64,000 nucleotides of DNA from positions 192,001 to 256,000 of the forward strand of contig CAVSBO010000004.1 in NCBI GenBank assembly GCA_963726195.1, written 5' to 3'. This DNA comes from Candidatus Thorarchaeota archaeon. GTDB taxonomy: Archaea; Asgardarchaeota; Thorarchaeia; Thorarchaeales; Thorarchaeaceae. Position numbers and translations under genes: made by a program. Shown piece by piece: positions 51,647 to 62,052 of this stretch (the stretch's first letter is position 1; each line of letters opens with the position of its first letter). The notes under the pieces were generated by a model that was not told the origin of the DNA, searched no databases, and saw only the letters and a list, made by a program, of their open reading frames with translations.

Positions 51647-52882
51647 ATGAAGTCACGCACCCGACTGAGGAATAGTCAGTTTCTCAAATTCTTTGGCCCG
51701 GCACTTGTAGTCAGTGTTGCATATGTTGATCCTGGCAATTTCGGGACGGCCATAGCAGCGGGAGCAGGTTATGAGTATGACCTTCTTTGGGTGGTCTGGC
51801 TTGCCAGTATCATGGCCATGCTGTTGCAGTATCTCTCGGGGAAAATCGGAATAGCTACTGGTCGCAGTATGCCCGAGTTGGTGCGAGAGAAGCTGAAGTC
51901 GAGACGAAAGATCCTGACTTACTGGCTCTCATGCGAGGCATTCGCTGTGGCCACAGACTTGGCCGAATTCCTCGGCGTTGCGCTGGCACTTAACCTTCTG
52001 TTCGGAATACCCCTATTGTGGGCTGCTGCCATTGCATCCTTTGACGTTGTGTTTATCTTCCTACTTGCTGGGAGTAAGTTCAGGCGTATAGAGGCACTAG
52101 TCGGCGTCCTCGTATCAATCATAGGGTTCGGATATGTCTATGAGATTTTCATCACGCGACCTGACCTCATGTCTGTAGTATTCCACAGTGTTACTCCCAC
52201 ACTGACCCCAGCGACCGGTCCTCTTGTGATAGGAATGATAGGCGCAACTGTAATGCCGCACGCCTTGGCCGTCCATTCATGGTTAACCAAGAACAAGCTG
52301 ACTGTCGGCGATGAGGAGGAAAAGCGTCGACTTCTGAAATATCACCTCGCTGATAACGTGATTAACCTCTCTATTGCGGGCCTAGTGAACGCCGCAATCC
52401 TGATTATGGCCGCTGCGGCCTTCAGCGCAACTGGGAGCCCTGTCACAACGGTGGAACAGGCATATCGTACCCTGACTCCCCTCTTCGGGGTCTTGGCGAG
52501 TTCAGTTTTCGGTATCACACTGCTCGCATCAGGCCTGTCATCTTCAACAACTGGTGTGCTCGCTGGACAGGCTTTGATGGAAGGACTCTTGGGCAGGACT
52601 ATCCACCCGTGGTTAAGAAGGATAGTGGTGCGGGTAATCAATGTCGTTCCTACATTCGTGGCCATATACCTGGGGTTCAATGCACTTGAACTACTGGTTT
52701 ACAGCCAAGTCATTCTGAGTCTATTGATACCACTCCCACTGATACCTATCATCTACTTGACAAGCAAGAAGGCCATAATGGGACAATTCGTGAACCGCAG
52801 AGTGACAACCATTGTAGCCTTAGCCTTCGCATCATTAATACTAGCATTCAACGCGTATTTCTTGCTACAAGTCTTCCTGTAA
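51647..52882 (+). CDS. mntH: Nramp-family Mn2+/Fe2+ transporter
   Basis: AYVDPGN, TDLAEFLG, GATVMPH, GQALMEG; about 11 TM helices. Confidence 0.93.
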   Translation: MKSRTRLRNSQFLKFFGPALVVSVAYVDPGNFGTAIAAGAGYEYDLLWVVWLASIMAMLLQYLSGKIGIATGRSMPELVREKLKSRRKILTYWLSCEAFAVATDLAEFLGVALALNLLFGIPLLWAAAIASFDVVFIFLLAGSKFRRIEALVGVLVSIIGFGYVYEIFITRPDLMSVVFHSVTPTLTPATGPLVIGMIGATVMPHALAVHSWLTKNKLTVGDEEEKRRLLKYHLADNVINLSIAGLVNAAILIMAAAAFSATGSPVTTVEQAYRTLTPLFGVLASSVFGITLLASGLSSSTTGVLAGQALMEGLLGRTIHPWLRRIVVRVINVVPTFVAIYLGFNALELLVYSQVILSLLIPLPLIPIIYLTSKKAIMGQFVNRRVTTIVALAFASLILAFNAYFLLQVFL

Positions 52883-53015
52883 ACCTAACATGGGAAGGGC
52901 AACTCAGTCATGATGCCGATGTCAATGCTGCACGGATTATGATGCACAATCAAGGTCTCATTACCGTTACTTAGAAGGCAAGGAACACATCTCCGACTTT
53001 GTCCAGTCTATGTGA

Positions 53016-53714
53016 ATGGCACAACATCTAAGACCGGAAGAAGAGTATGGGACGCTGGTGATTAGAGTGCTGCCCAGTTATCGAGATAGACGACAAGCCG
53101 GACAGGTCTTAGCAGATAAGCTCCTAGCCCTTCGCCTTGCCACTCCTATACTGGTATTGGCAATCCCCAATGGGGGTCTGGCGGTAGCGGCGCCAGTTGC
53201 TGTAGCGTTGCACGCTCAGCTTGACGCCATCATTGTGAGGAAACTTCAGATTCCCTATAGTACAGAAGCGGGCTTTGGCGCGCTCACTTCCTTTGGCAAG
53301 ATGATACTCAATGAACCTCTCGTAAAGCAACTAGGTCTCAGCAAACAAGACATTGAGACGGTCAGAGCGAAGACAGAGAAGCAAATTGCTGACAGGAAGA
53401 AGGCGTATTCAGGTTTCATTGGGTACTCCAAGCCGGAGGGGAACCACATTATTCTAGTCGATGATGGGCTGGCTTCAGGATACACGATGCTAGCGGCCGT
53501 TGAGTCACTCAGAGACCTTAATCCTTTGAGCATCACCGTGGCTGTCCCGACATCGTCAGGAGATGCTGCTGATAGGATCGGCGCGGTTGTCGACAGATTT
53601 GTCTGCCCAAGAATCGAGAGGGCTGCAATGTTTGCAGTCGCCGATGCTTACGAGAATTGGTATGACGTGCCAGACTCAGAGGTGGTATCAACTCTGAGAC
53701 ACTTCGTGCGATAA
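53016..53714 (+). CDS. Phosphoribosyltransferase-family protein
   Basis: DRRQAG, LAIPNGG, VRKL, ILVDDGLASG (PRPP site), VAVP. Confidence 0.88.
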   Translation: MAQHLRPEEEYGTLVIRVLPSYRDRRQAGQVLADKLLALRLATPILVLAIPNGGLAVAAPVAVALHAQLDAIIVRKLQIPYSTEAGFGALTSFGKMILNEPLVKQLGLSKQDIETVRAKTEKQIADRKKAYSGFIGYSKPEGNHIILVDDGLASGYTMLAAVESLRDLNPLSITVAVPTSSGDAADRIGAVVDRFVCPRIERAAMFAVADAYENWYDVPDSEVVSTLRHFVR

Positions 53715-53804
53715 ATGATTGCAGTCTCTCTTTTTTTCGGAGCGGCATTGGGTGTTTTACACATCCACTAAAGTCAAATAGCACAGACCCAGCGCGAACT
53801 CAAC

Positions 53805-55045
53805 ATGGCCGTCAATGTAATCCCCTTCTTCTCTCCTATCTCGTCAAGTCAGTTGAAAACAGAGATTGAAGGAAGCCTACGAGAGGTTGGTTCTCGAGTT
53901 TTGTCTCCTCAGGAGTTCCTTTCAGTGAAGAATGATCAGGCAGGTGTCATTCAGCATCAGCACAATTCAATACTCGTTGGCACAGGTGGAACTGAGAACA
54001 TGATTACAGAGTTTCTAGGGAAGAGCGGCCTTAGCCCACCTATTGTTCTTCTGTCGCACACTCAATCCAACTCGTTGCCTGCCCGCAATGGAAGTGCGCA
54101 CGTACTTACAGAAGCGCGGAATCCCTTCGCGTATCGTTCATGCACAGCTCCCCGAGCTGGCCAAGACAATACGAGAGTGGTGCCATTTCTCCGATGTTGA
54201 AGAGAGGATTCGCAACTCCCGCTTGGCAGTGATTGGCAAGCCTTCACCTTGGCTCGTAGCATCCACAGTAAGCACATCTGCGGTTCGAAAGCGATGGGGA
54301 ACCTCTATCGTCGAAGTACCTCTCAATGAGCTGATTGGTCTGTTGGACACGCCTGCCTCGGATAAGACGCAATCTGCAGTCGAGGATTTCGTGCGAGGAG
54401 CAGTCTGTAGCGATGTGCCCATAGAGGATGTAGAAAAAGCTGGTCTGGTTTCGCAAGCAATGGAAACGCTCGCCCAAAAACACAACCTAGACGCGCTATC
54501 TGTTGAGTGTTTCACTTTAGAGCGCGAGGCTGGCATGACCGGTTGCTGTGCTCTGTCTTGGCTGAACAATCTGCAGGGAATGGTGGCCGGATGCGAGGGC
54601 GACGTGCCTGCGGCGTTCACAATGATGCTTGCGAAGTACCTCACAGGCCAGCCTGCTTTCTTGGCTAACATAGCTGACGTCGATGAGGCACAGAATTCCG
54701 TCGTTGCCGCCCATTGCACGATTCCAACATCGATTGTCAGTGCGTATGAAATCACCACGCATTTCGAGAACAGGTGCAGGCGTTGCAATAAGGGGAAAGT
54801 TCCCTCTGCAAGCCGTGACAATACTGAAGATGTTTGGCGAAGACCTTTCCCAGTACTGGGTCTCAAAGGCTGAAGTGGTGGAGAACTTGGAGAACGAGTT
54901 AGGCTGTCGAACGCAAGTCCGAGTCCACTTGGGAAAGCCAGTTCGACACCTCTTGGACGGCTCTCTAGCGAATCACCACGTGATAATACCAGGAGACTAT
55001 GCCGATTCAATCGAGAGATTCATCGCATTCAGCTTTCGGAAGTAG
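53805..55045 (+). CDS. L-fucose/L-arabinose isomerase-like protein; frameshifts near 54083 and 54769
   Basis: GTGGTE, NSLPAAMEV, GKPSPWLVAS, VECF, GCEGD, AHCTIP, THFETG.GVA, CRTQV, LANHHVI. Confidence 0.75.
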
Positions 55046-55132
55046 TCTATCACAGGGACAGAATCGCCCATCACGGCCGTCGAGGGACATGCAGATATCG
55101 TATTTAAACACGTGATACGAAGTCACTAGCTT

Positions 55133-55417
55133 GTGAAGAGCTACACGCGGCTGAATGTCGCAGAGAGGAACTATCTTACTGGTGTCATGAAGGCGTTCCT
55201 TGAGAGGAAGGCTAAGAGAACTAACCAGAACTACGTGATCGGATGCTTTCGCAACGTTCCTCTAGCGATATTTGACGACATAGCGAAGGAACTTGAGGGG
55301 GTGGGTGACAGCGAGCGTCGCGCGGAGCTGGTCACAATCAGGGAGAGACTCGCCGAATATCTGTCCACTCGTGTTGACAGGACACAGTGGAGCGCATGGG
55401 CGATTGGTCGTTCGTAG
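55133..55417 (+). CDS. Small helical hypothetical protein
   Basis: Clean 94-aa ORF about 25 nt after a TATTTAAA TATA-like element (55101). Confidence 0.6.
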   Translation: MKSYTRLNVAERNYLTGVMKAFLERKAKRTNQNYVIGCFRNVPLAIFDDIAKELEGVGDSERRAELVTIRERLAEYLSTRVDRTQWSAWAIGRS

Positions 55418-55682
55418 TCAGACGCTCCAATCAATCTCTCTCCACAAACGATTCTGAGTCTTCCTGCATCGTTTCCTTTTCACCTGCTAGCTGGGACAAT
55501 GATTTCCCTGCAGTCGCATAATCGCGTACTCTGTCAAGCACCTTCCTTTTGCTCCATGCCGAGTCGCACCAGGCAAAGTTCCGTGCATGGAAGTGTTCTC
55601 GGTATGACCCTAGAACTGTCGCTAGCTTTAAAAACGGCCTCTCTGCTGCTCGCTTAATCGCCCGACCAAAGGGGACTCGCAG

Positions 55683-57275
55683 ATGGAAGGCTCCGTTCTT
55701 AGAAGCAGTGCACTCATGTGCTTGGTAGTCATGACTGTGCTAGTCGCGGGTGCTGCTCAGATGCAGCCCATAGCTTCCGCACCCTCCACAGGACCTGTTT
55801 CTGGGGATCATGCTCAAGGACCTTCTGTCCCGAGTGGCTACGACTCGCCCAACATCACTATTGTCCTGATAACACCAGCAAACCAGAGCAGGGTCGTCGG
55901 AATCTTCAACATGACTCTGTCGATAACCTCGGTAAACGGGCCCCTGAATCTCACTCTCTTCGTGGATTCTAAGATATATCCGGCCTATAACCGGACTTTG
56001 ATTGCAACGGGATCTCAAAACGTCACTGTTGATAGCAGGACTCTCCGCGAAGGGAATCTGAACTTCACTCTATACTTCGAGACCGACGCTGTTCAGCCAA
56101 TAGAGCGGGAGACCTATCACTTAATCTTCCTTGTTGACAACCATGGTCCTCCGAGCATTGCTTTTGTCGCACCGGCAAACAATGGAACATTCACGGGCAT
56201 GGACCATCTGGTTCTGAATATCACGTCCGATTACACCCATGTGAATCTGACTGTCAAGATCGACGGTGTCATAACTAAGGAGTTCAACTCAACACCCGTT
56301 TCTGTTGGGATGGGCAACTACACGATTAACGGTACACGCTATGATAATGGTGTACATACGGTGAATGCGACCGTTGTCACCGAGGAAGGCCTGAAGGCAA
56401 GCGTGTCAAGATCCCTATACTTTCTTGACTATGTCAGGTTCGCGATTATCGATCTTACAGCCTACAGCACTGTAAAGGGTAATCAGTCCATAACTATCAA
56501 GGTGTTTACGCCATTCCACAATGTGACCTTCTCAGCCTACGTGGACAACGTGCTGGTTCCTAGTGTCGCGAATATCACGTTGCCCAGGGGCACATCAGTA
56601 TTCAAGATTAACACGACAGTGTACACCGAAGGCAATCACAATTTCACCTTCAAGGCGTTTGCAAACAACACCTACGTGTGGACTGACACCGTACTGCTTG
56701 ATGTTGACAACCACGGACCAGCCTCCGTGGTCTTCATCCCGGTGCATGCCGACGTGTTTGTAGGTCTGACAACTTTCACAGTGAACATAACGAGCGACTG
56801 GCATACCGTGAACGTGAGCGTGTTTGTCGACGATGTTGTCGTTCCCGGGCTGGCCAACGTGACGGTTCCGTCGGGTTCCTACAGCTTCCAGTTCGATGTG
56901 AGTTCTTACTCAAAATGGCAACACACAGTCAAGGTGGTTGTGATCACTCTGGAAGGACTGAAAGCGGAAGTCGAGAGAAAGTTCGGATTTGCGAGCGTGA
57001 GGCCAGAAGAAATCATTAGCCTCGTTGTGCTGCTTGGACTTGCGGCAGCCATACCCATCGTTCGACGGGGACAGGGAAAGCCTTCCAAGGATGTTCTCAT
57101 CGTTGATGCCGTCTTCGCGTTGGCGATTGTGCTCATCTTCGCTGCAGTTGGGGTTACCAGCTACGCACTCCTTGTTTGGCACATCAATATCGCTAGTATC
57201 TGGGCGATAGGGAGTGCCCTTGTTTTTGCAAACTGGGCAGTGCCGATTGTGACTCAAGAAACAAGCGAAGAGTAA
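55683..57275 (+). CDS. Surface glycoprotein with tandem Ig-like repeats and three C-terminal TM helices
   Basis: Signal peptide; about four ~95-aa beta repeats (VDNHGP twice; EGNLNFT, NGVHTV, EGNHNFT, WQHTV); many N-x-S/T sequons. Confidence 0.8.
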   Translation: MEGSVLRSSALMCLVVMTVLVAGAAQMQPIASAPSTGPVSGDHAQGPSVPSGYDSPNITIVLITPANQSRVVGIFNMTLSITSVNGPLNLTLFVDSKIYPAYNRTLIATGSQNVTVDSRTLREGNLNFTLYFETDAVQPIERETYHLIFLVDNHGPPSIAFVAPANNGTFTGMDHLVLNITSDYTHVNLTVKIDGVITKEFNSTPVSVGMGNYTINGTRYDNGVHTVNATVVTEEGLKASVSRSLYFLDYVRFAIIDLTAYSTVKGNQSITIKVFTPFHNVTFSAYVDNVLVPSVANITLPRGTSVFKINTTVYTEGNHNFTFKAFANNTYVWTDTVLLDVDNHGPASVVFIPVHADVFVGLTTFTVNITSDWHTVNVSVFVDDVVVPGLANVTVPSGSYSFQFDVSSYSKWQHTVKVVVITLEGLKAEVERKFGFASVRPEEIISLVVLLGLAAAIPIVRRGQGKPSKDVLIVDAVFALAIVLIFAAVGVTSYALLVWHINIASIWAIGSALVFANWAVPIVTQETSEE

Positions 57276-58160
57276 TCAGAGGAACCTATTGACAGGTATT
57301 TCCTGACAAGGCACGGTTGACCAGTTCGCAAAACCTTCGTATCTCTTTAGATAATCGCTCGTGACCCTTGTGTAGGCGGAAGTGGCCCTCAAAGAGGATG
57401 ACAACCTTGCAGTCTTGGATATGACCTCCTCCAGATGCTCAATTCCCTGAGGCATGGTATCCGCGACAAACCGGGCGCGTTTGCCTTCAGATCGTAAAAC
57501 TGCACCTACTCCCACCAGAATCTTCCCAGTATAGAACTCAAGAATTCTCCCATCTTCATTTCTGCCGGCAATCTCTCTAACAACGGATAGTAGCTCGCCT
57601 GGAGGAGCTACCAAGGAGAAAACCCAATTCTTGGGCAGGACAGAAGGATCGACGGTAGCGGCAGTCACTCTCGCATTATTTCTTGTCGGTATTTCCTTGA
57701 TGGGCGCTTCGATGTCGAACAGCGAGCCCCTAGCAAAATACTTGATTTTCATCCAGAAGTTGTATGCTTCGGGGGGCGAATCTGCTACGACTCTTCCGAT
57801 TCTCTTGGCCTTCAGCAGTTCTTCGGCTGCACGAACTAGTTGGGCGCCTATGTTTCTTTTCTGGTATCTGATGTCCACATCGACGCTTCCAATCAGGCCA
57901 ATCGGACCAGTAGTCGGATTCCTCTCTATTCCAAATACTATCTCCCCTACTACCTTCTCCTCATGCTCTGCTACGAGCCAGCCCCAACTGGCGAAGTCCA
58001 GTGCTCTATGCTCTGTCTTCACTTCTTCGACGGTACTGTACTTACGCCTAAGCCAACGGGTTGTCTGGTATATGGTTAGGATGTCCTTGCAGTCTCTCAT
58101 TCCTCCTCTCCGTATCGTCACGGGCAGGGTGTGAGGGCTGCTTTGGACGGCTGCGATCAT
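57276..58160 (-). CDS. GNAT-family N-acetyltransferase
   Basis: LVAEHEEKVVG, VDVDIRYQKRNIGAQLV, AYNFWMKIKY. Confidence 0.85.
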   Translation of the reverse strand: MIAAVQSSPHTLPVTIRRGGMRDCKDILTIYQTTRWLRRKYSTVEEVKTEHRALDFASWGWLVAEHEEKVVGEIVFGIERNPTTGPIGLIGSVDVDIRYQKRNIGAQLVRAAEELLKAKRIGRVVADSPPEAYNFWMKIKYFARGSLFDIEAPIKEIPTRNNARVTAATVDPSVLPKNWVFSLVAPPGELLSVVREIAGRNEDGRILEFYTGKILVGVGAVLRSEGKRARFVADTMPQGIEHLEEVISKTARLSSSLRATSAYTRVTSDYLKRYEGFANWSTVPCQEIPVNRFL

Positions 58161-58231
58161 GATTCACCACCTGAGAGCCTTGCGGTAAAGGGCGGCCAGC
58201 TCTAACATAAGGCTGTGTAACATTGTGCTTG

Positions 58232-59183
58232 TCAGATTGGGCGAGATGTCCGATAGATTTCCTCGCAGATCTTGATGCACCCTCTGCTGAGGTCCACGGC
58301 GCTTGGACCAAACAGGTAGAGAATCGGTTCAACTCCTACACCGCCTGGCACATGGATTGCGGTTAGCGAAGGTCTCTTTCTTTTCACCCTGTCGACGACC
58401 TGACTGGCAGATTCTGCAATTTCGTTGGCGTCACTTGTTGGCTTGTTCATTTTGTATACTACAAAACCTTGATTCGCAGCAGCTTGGACTATCTCGTCAC
58501 GCCCGCTTATGCACAGGCATGCCTTCGTCTCAGGCCATTCGTTCTTGGCCCAGAGCAGAAGCGCCGCAGTGTGCCGAGAGGCGCCGAACTGGGGGCCTTC
58601 GTGAGCTACAGCTCGACCGTTCACGAGGGTGATCCTCCCCGGGACACCAGCAACATCTGCGTCGGACGTGCCATCGGAGTCGCATGCAACAAGATTGGCC
58701 CTGACTTGTGGCATTACCAGTGAGAAGTTGTCGCATGCCTCGATATCTTTCAGCGCGAGTTCTAGATCCCTCAGAATCTTCGCCCGTCCCGAGAGACTTG
58801 CTTCGTGTCCAGAAAGCAATTCGGAACAGATTTGGCAGTCAGCTGAGCTTGAGTCTAGGCACTGCATCTCTGTGGCTCTTGCATATGCTCGAACCAAGCC
58901 TGAGGTACATGCATGAGGAACAAACGGCTTTGGTTGTCTTGTCGCTGCCACCGGATCCTGATATGATCAAATCTGTCAATGTCTTCACGAGGGTTGCCAC
59001 GGATTTGTGCTCTTGGCCTGTTGGTGAGGGTTGCGATAGGTACTTGCTGACGGCAGCTTGGGTTATGTCAAGTCCGTTCGCTATTTCGCTTTGCGAGAGT
59101 CCCCTTTCTCTAAGTGCCTTCGCAGTTCCAGCTCTGACTGCAGGAAGGAAGTCTCTGATTACGAGTTCGCAGGGTGGCCGCAT
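58232..59183 (-). CDS. thiR: ThiR-like regulator (HTH plus ThiN/thiamine-phosphate-synthase-like domain); one frameshift near 58850
   Basis: MRPPCE..LPAVRA, GLSQSEIA..LDITQAAVSKY, then PQVRANL, VAGVPGRI, FGASRHTA, GGVGVEP; divergent from a thiamine ABC operon. Confidence 0.85.
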
Positions 59184-59223
59184 AACAATCACTCCATGGG
59201 AAACTATATATCCGGAGGCTTTC

Positions 59224-59238
59224 TATAACCGAGTTGTA
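59224..59238. promoter_or_regulatory. Candidate ThiR operator palindrome
   Basis: TATAAC-CGA-GTTGTA (one mismatch from perfect) between the divergent TATA elements at 59205 and 59248. Confidence 0.55.
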
Positions 59239-59266
59239 CAACAGGCATATAAAAGTGAGCATCGAG

Positions 59267-60391
59267 ATGTCGGAGACGCACTACGCAGGAAGACGTGATC
59301 CTAGGAAAGTCCTCATTGCCGTGGCCCTAATCATGAGCGTGTCAGTGGCGGCCTACGCACTGTGGGTTTGGCCAACGCCCAAGCTGCTGGTCTATACATA
59401 TGACAGCTTCCTTAAGTCCGGTGACCTTCCCGACTCCATCGATGACGAAGTCTTTGGGCCATTCATGCGGCAGTATGGTGTGGACGTTCAGATAGTGCGT
59501 CTTCAGACAGACGCCAACGGGATTGTGTCAAGGCTTGTTGCAGAGTCTCAGAAGCCTGTTGCAGACGTGGTAATCGGGATTGACAACACACTGATTCTGC
59601 AGCCCCTTGCCCAAGAAGTCACCGAGCCCTACGTACCTTCCACTATCAATATGGTAAATGACTCTCTGATCAACGCCCTAGACCCGGAGCACCATGTCGT
59701 TCCGTTTGATTTTGGACTTGTGTCAATCATATACAGCCAGTCGAAGATCAATGAAACCGTCCACCCGGAACTTGCCAACCTTACATTTGCAGATCTCGCC
59801 AACCATCAATTGGCCTCTGCGCTCGTGACAGAAAACCCGCTTCTGAGCAGTCCCGGTCTCTCATTCTTGCTCACCCAGATTGCAGTGTATGAGAAGCTGC
59901 TCAATCAGGATTGGAAGACTTGGTGGACACAAGTTAAGGGATACATCGATGTACAACCCGGATGGACAGAGGCTTGGACAAAATGGTATTCCAACCCCGC
60001 GACACAGATGATGGCTAGCTATGGCACGGACCCCGCGTACTCTTACCACGCAACAAACTCGACTCCGGATACGAGATTAGCCCCGATATATCACAATGGC
60101 ACCCACTACGCATGGATGCAAGTCGAAGGAATCGGGCTAGTGAAGAATGGACCCAACCCGACACTGGCCCGCGCCTTCATCGACTACTGTCTGACGCCTT
60201 CAGTTCAGTCATATGTGGGATTGAATCAGTGGATGTTCCCAGCTGTCAATCACATCTCTCTTGACAAGGCGTTCGACTATGCGCTTCATCCCAACGACGT
60301 GGCAATCCTGAATGATCTCTTCACTAGAACCGAGATTGCTGCGAATCTGACCGATTGGCTGACCGCATGGGATACAATCATGAGCACTTAG
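59267..60391 (+). CDS. thiB: Thiamine ABC transporter substrate-binding protein
   Basis: LVYTYDSF, ADVVIGIDN, PFDFG, SSPGLSFL, GWTEAW, SYGTDPAY, QVEG, QWMFP. Confidence 0.9.
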   Translation: MSETHYAGRRDPRKVLIAVALIMSVSVAAYALWVWPTPKLLVYTYDSFLKSGDLPDSIDDEVFGPFMRQYGVDVQIVRLQTDANGIVSRLVAESQKPVADVVIGIDNTLILQPLAQEVTEPYVPSTINMVNDSLINALDPEHHVVPFDFGLVSIIYSQSKINETVHPELANLTFADLANHQLASALVTENPLLSSPGLSFLLTQIAVYEKLLNQDWKTWWTQVKGYIDVQPGWTEAWTKWYSNPATQMMASYGTDPAYSYHATNSTPDTRLAPIYHNGTHYAWMQVEGIGLVKNGPNPTLARAFIDYCLTPSVQSYVGLNQWMFPAVNHISLDKAFDYALHPNDVAILNDLFTRTEIAANLTDWLTAWDTIMST

Positions 60392-60404
60392 TCGGGGTAC
60401 TCGC

Positions 60405-62052
60405 ATGAAATCGCGGACACTACTGGGCCATCTGATACTCTACTTCCCCGTGGTCCTGCTGGCCGGCTTTCTCATCTACCCTGTCTCTGCCGTGATACTC
60501 GACGGCATTGGATCCGGACTTGGGACGCCCTTCATCAATGTGATGACCTCGCCTGTGACCCTCAACGCCTTGTCCTTTAGTGCCTATCAGGCGGCAATCA
60601 GTACTCTAGTCGCTGTCAGCTCTCGGACTCCCGGGCGCCTATATATTCACCCGTCTCAGGTTCAGGGGCAAGTCAGTAGTTCGCGCAGCCATGGTCATAC
60701 CTTTCGTACTACCGCCCATTGTTGTTGTCGTCGGCTTTCTCCAGATGTTCGGCGCTTACGGTTTCGTCGATTCCTTTGCAATGGCACTCACCGGATCGAG
60801 GACCTCGGTCCTGAACCTAGCAAGCGGGATTACCGGAATAGTCCTGGCTCATGCCTTCTACAACGTGCCACTAGTCATACTGATGGTCTCCGCATCATTG
60901 GAGCGGCTGAGCCCCGACATCGAAGAGAGTGCTGACATTCTCGGCGCCTCGTCTATGCAGAAGTTGCGAAGAATAGTACTCCCTCATATACTGCCTGCAC
61001 TTCTGGCATCTGCTATCCTTACTTTCCTGTTCTGCTTCACATCATTTCCTATTGTCCTATCACTCGGCGGTGGTTCCTACTCCACTCTCGAAGTTAGGAT
61101 ATGGTATGCGTTCAGAATCTATGACTATAGTGCGGCAAGTTCTCTGGCGCTTGTGCAGATCCTCATCACGGTAGCTCTCGCATTCTCGTACTTTCGTCTC
61201 GGGGGCTCCAGAGCTTACGTGGCAGCTCCCACATCCAGAATCAAGCAAGTCAGTCTTGATGAACTAGGCAGTCGCCAAGCTGTGCTCGCCCTCTTGTACG
61301 TCGTAATACTGTTGGTGCTGGTTGCTGGCCCTATCGTGGCCATAGTAAGAGCGTCTGTCTATGACCCTGTGGCTCAAGTCTACACGTGGGCGGGCTTTGG
61401 GAGTCTGCTCTCTGCGGGCTTAGGAGGGGGTCTTATTCCGCTCATCAACTCAGTCTTCTACGCAGGAACGGCAACTGTGCTTGCCGTTATCCTAGGCCTG
61501 CCTCTCGCGTACTTGCATCAGCGTCCGGGGCTCAGTGCCTCAACTGTTTCTTCGCTTACTACGTTTCTGCCGCTGGGCGTGTCTGCAATAACGATGGCTT
61601 ACGGACTGATGCTGTTCGTCGTGGTACCGCTTGGCCTGAGTGTCAACCCCTGGCCTGCAATAGTCCTTGCCCAGACGATGATTGGACTCCCGTTCAGTGC
61701 GCGTTCAATTGAGATTGCTCTTCGAAACATTGACCCTGCGCTGTTGGACCAAGCGGACCTCCTCGGAGCCTCGCGTCTGCAGAGGCTTTTCTTCGTTGAG
61801 CTTCCTCTGCTGGCACCGGGTATTCTTGTCGGAGCGGTCTTTGCATTCGCCATGGCAATCGGTGAGATGTCAGCAACCCTCTTCATTGCGTTGCCTCAGA
61901 ATGTGACACTCGCTGTGGCGATATATCAGGATCTGGGCGTTAGGAAGTTCGTTCAGGCAGGGGCTTCTGCCTTTGTGCTCGTCATTGTTTGTCTGATTGC
62001 CTTCCTTCTAATAGAGAGATTGACTGGCAAGCAGTCAGGTGGTGTACTATGA
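60405..62052 (+). CDS. thiP: Thiamine ABC transporter permease; one frameshift near 60618
   Basis: Duplicated permease with EAA loops (EESADILGAS, LDQADLLGAS); PFVLPPIV, LAHAFYN. Confidence 0.88.

Noticed and set aside
54138-55010. Long antisense ORF (290 aa) and similar shadow ORFs such as 25045-25821 and 30518-31075
   Set aside because: They overlap well-supported genes and have Ser/Arg-rich, motif-free composition.
58839-58841. TGA ending the first thiR fragment (also DUF35 at 4503) as selenocysteine read-through
   Set aside because: Homology continues in a different frame rather than past the TGA in frame.
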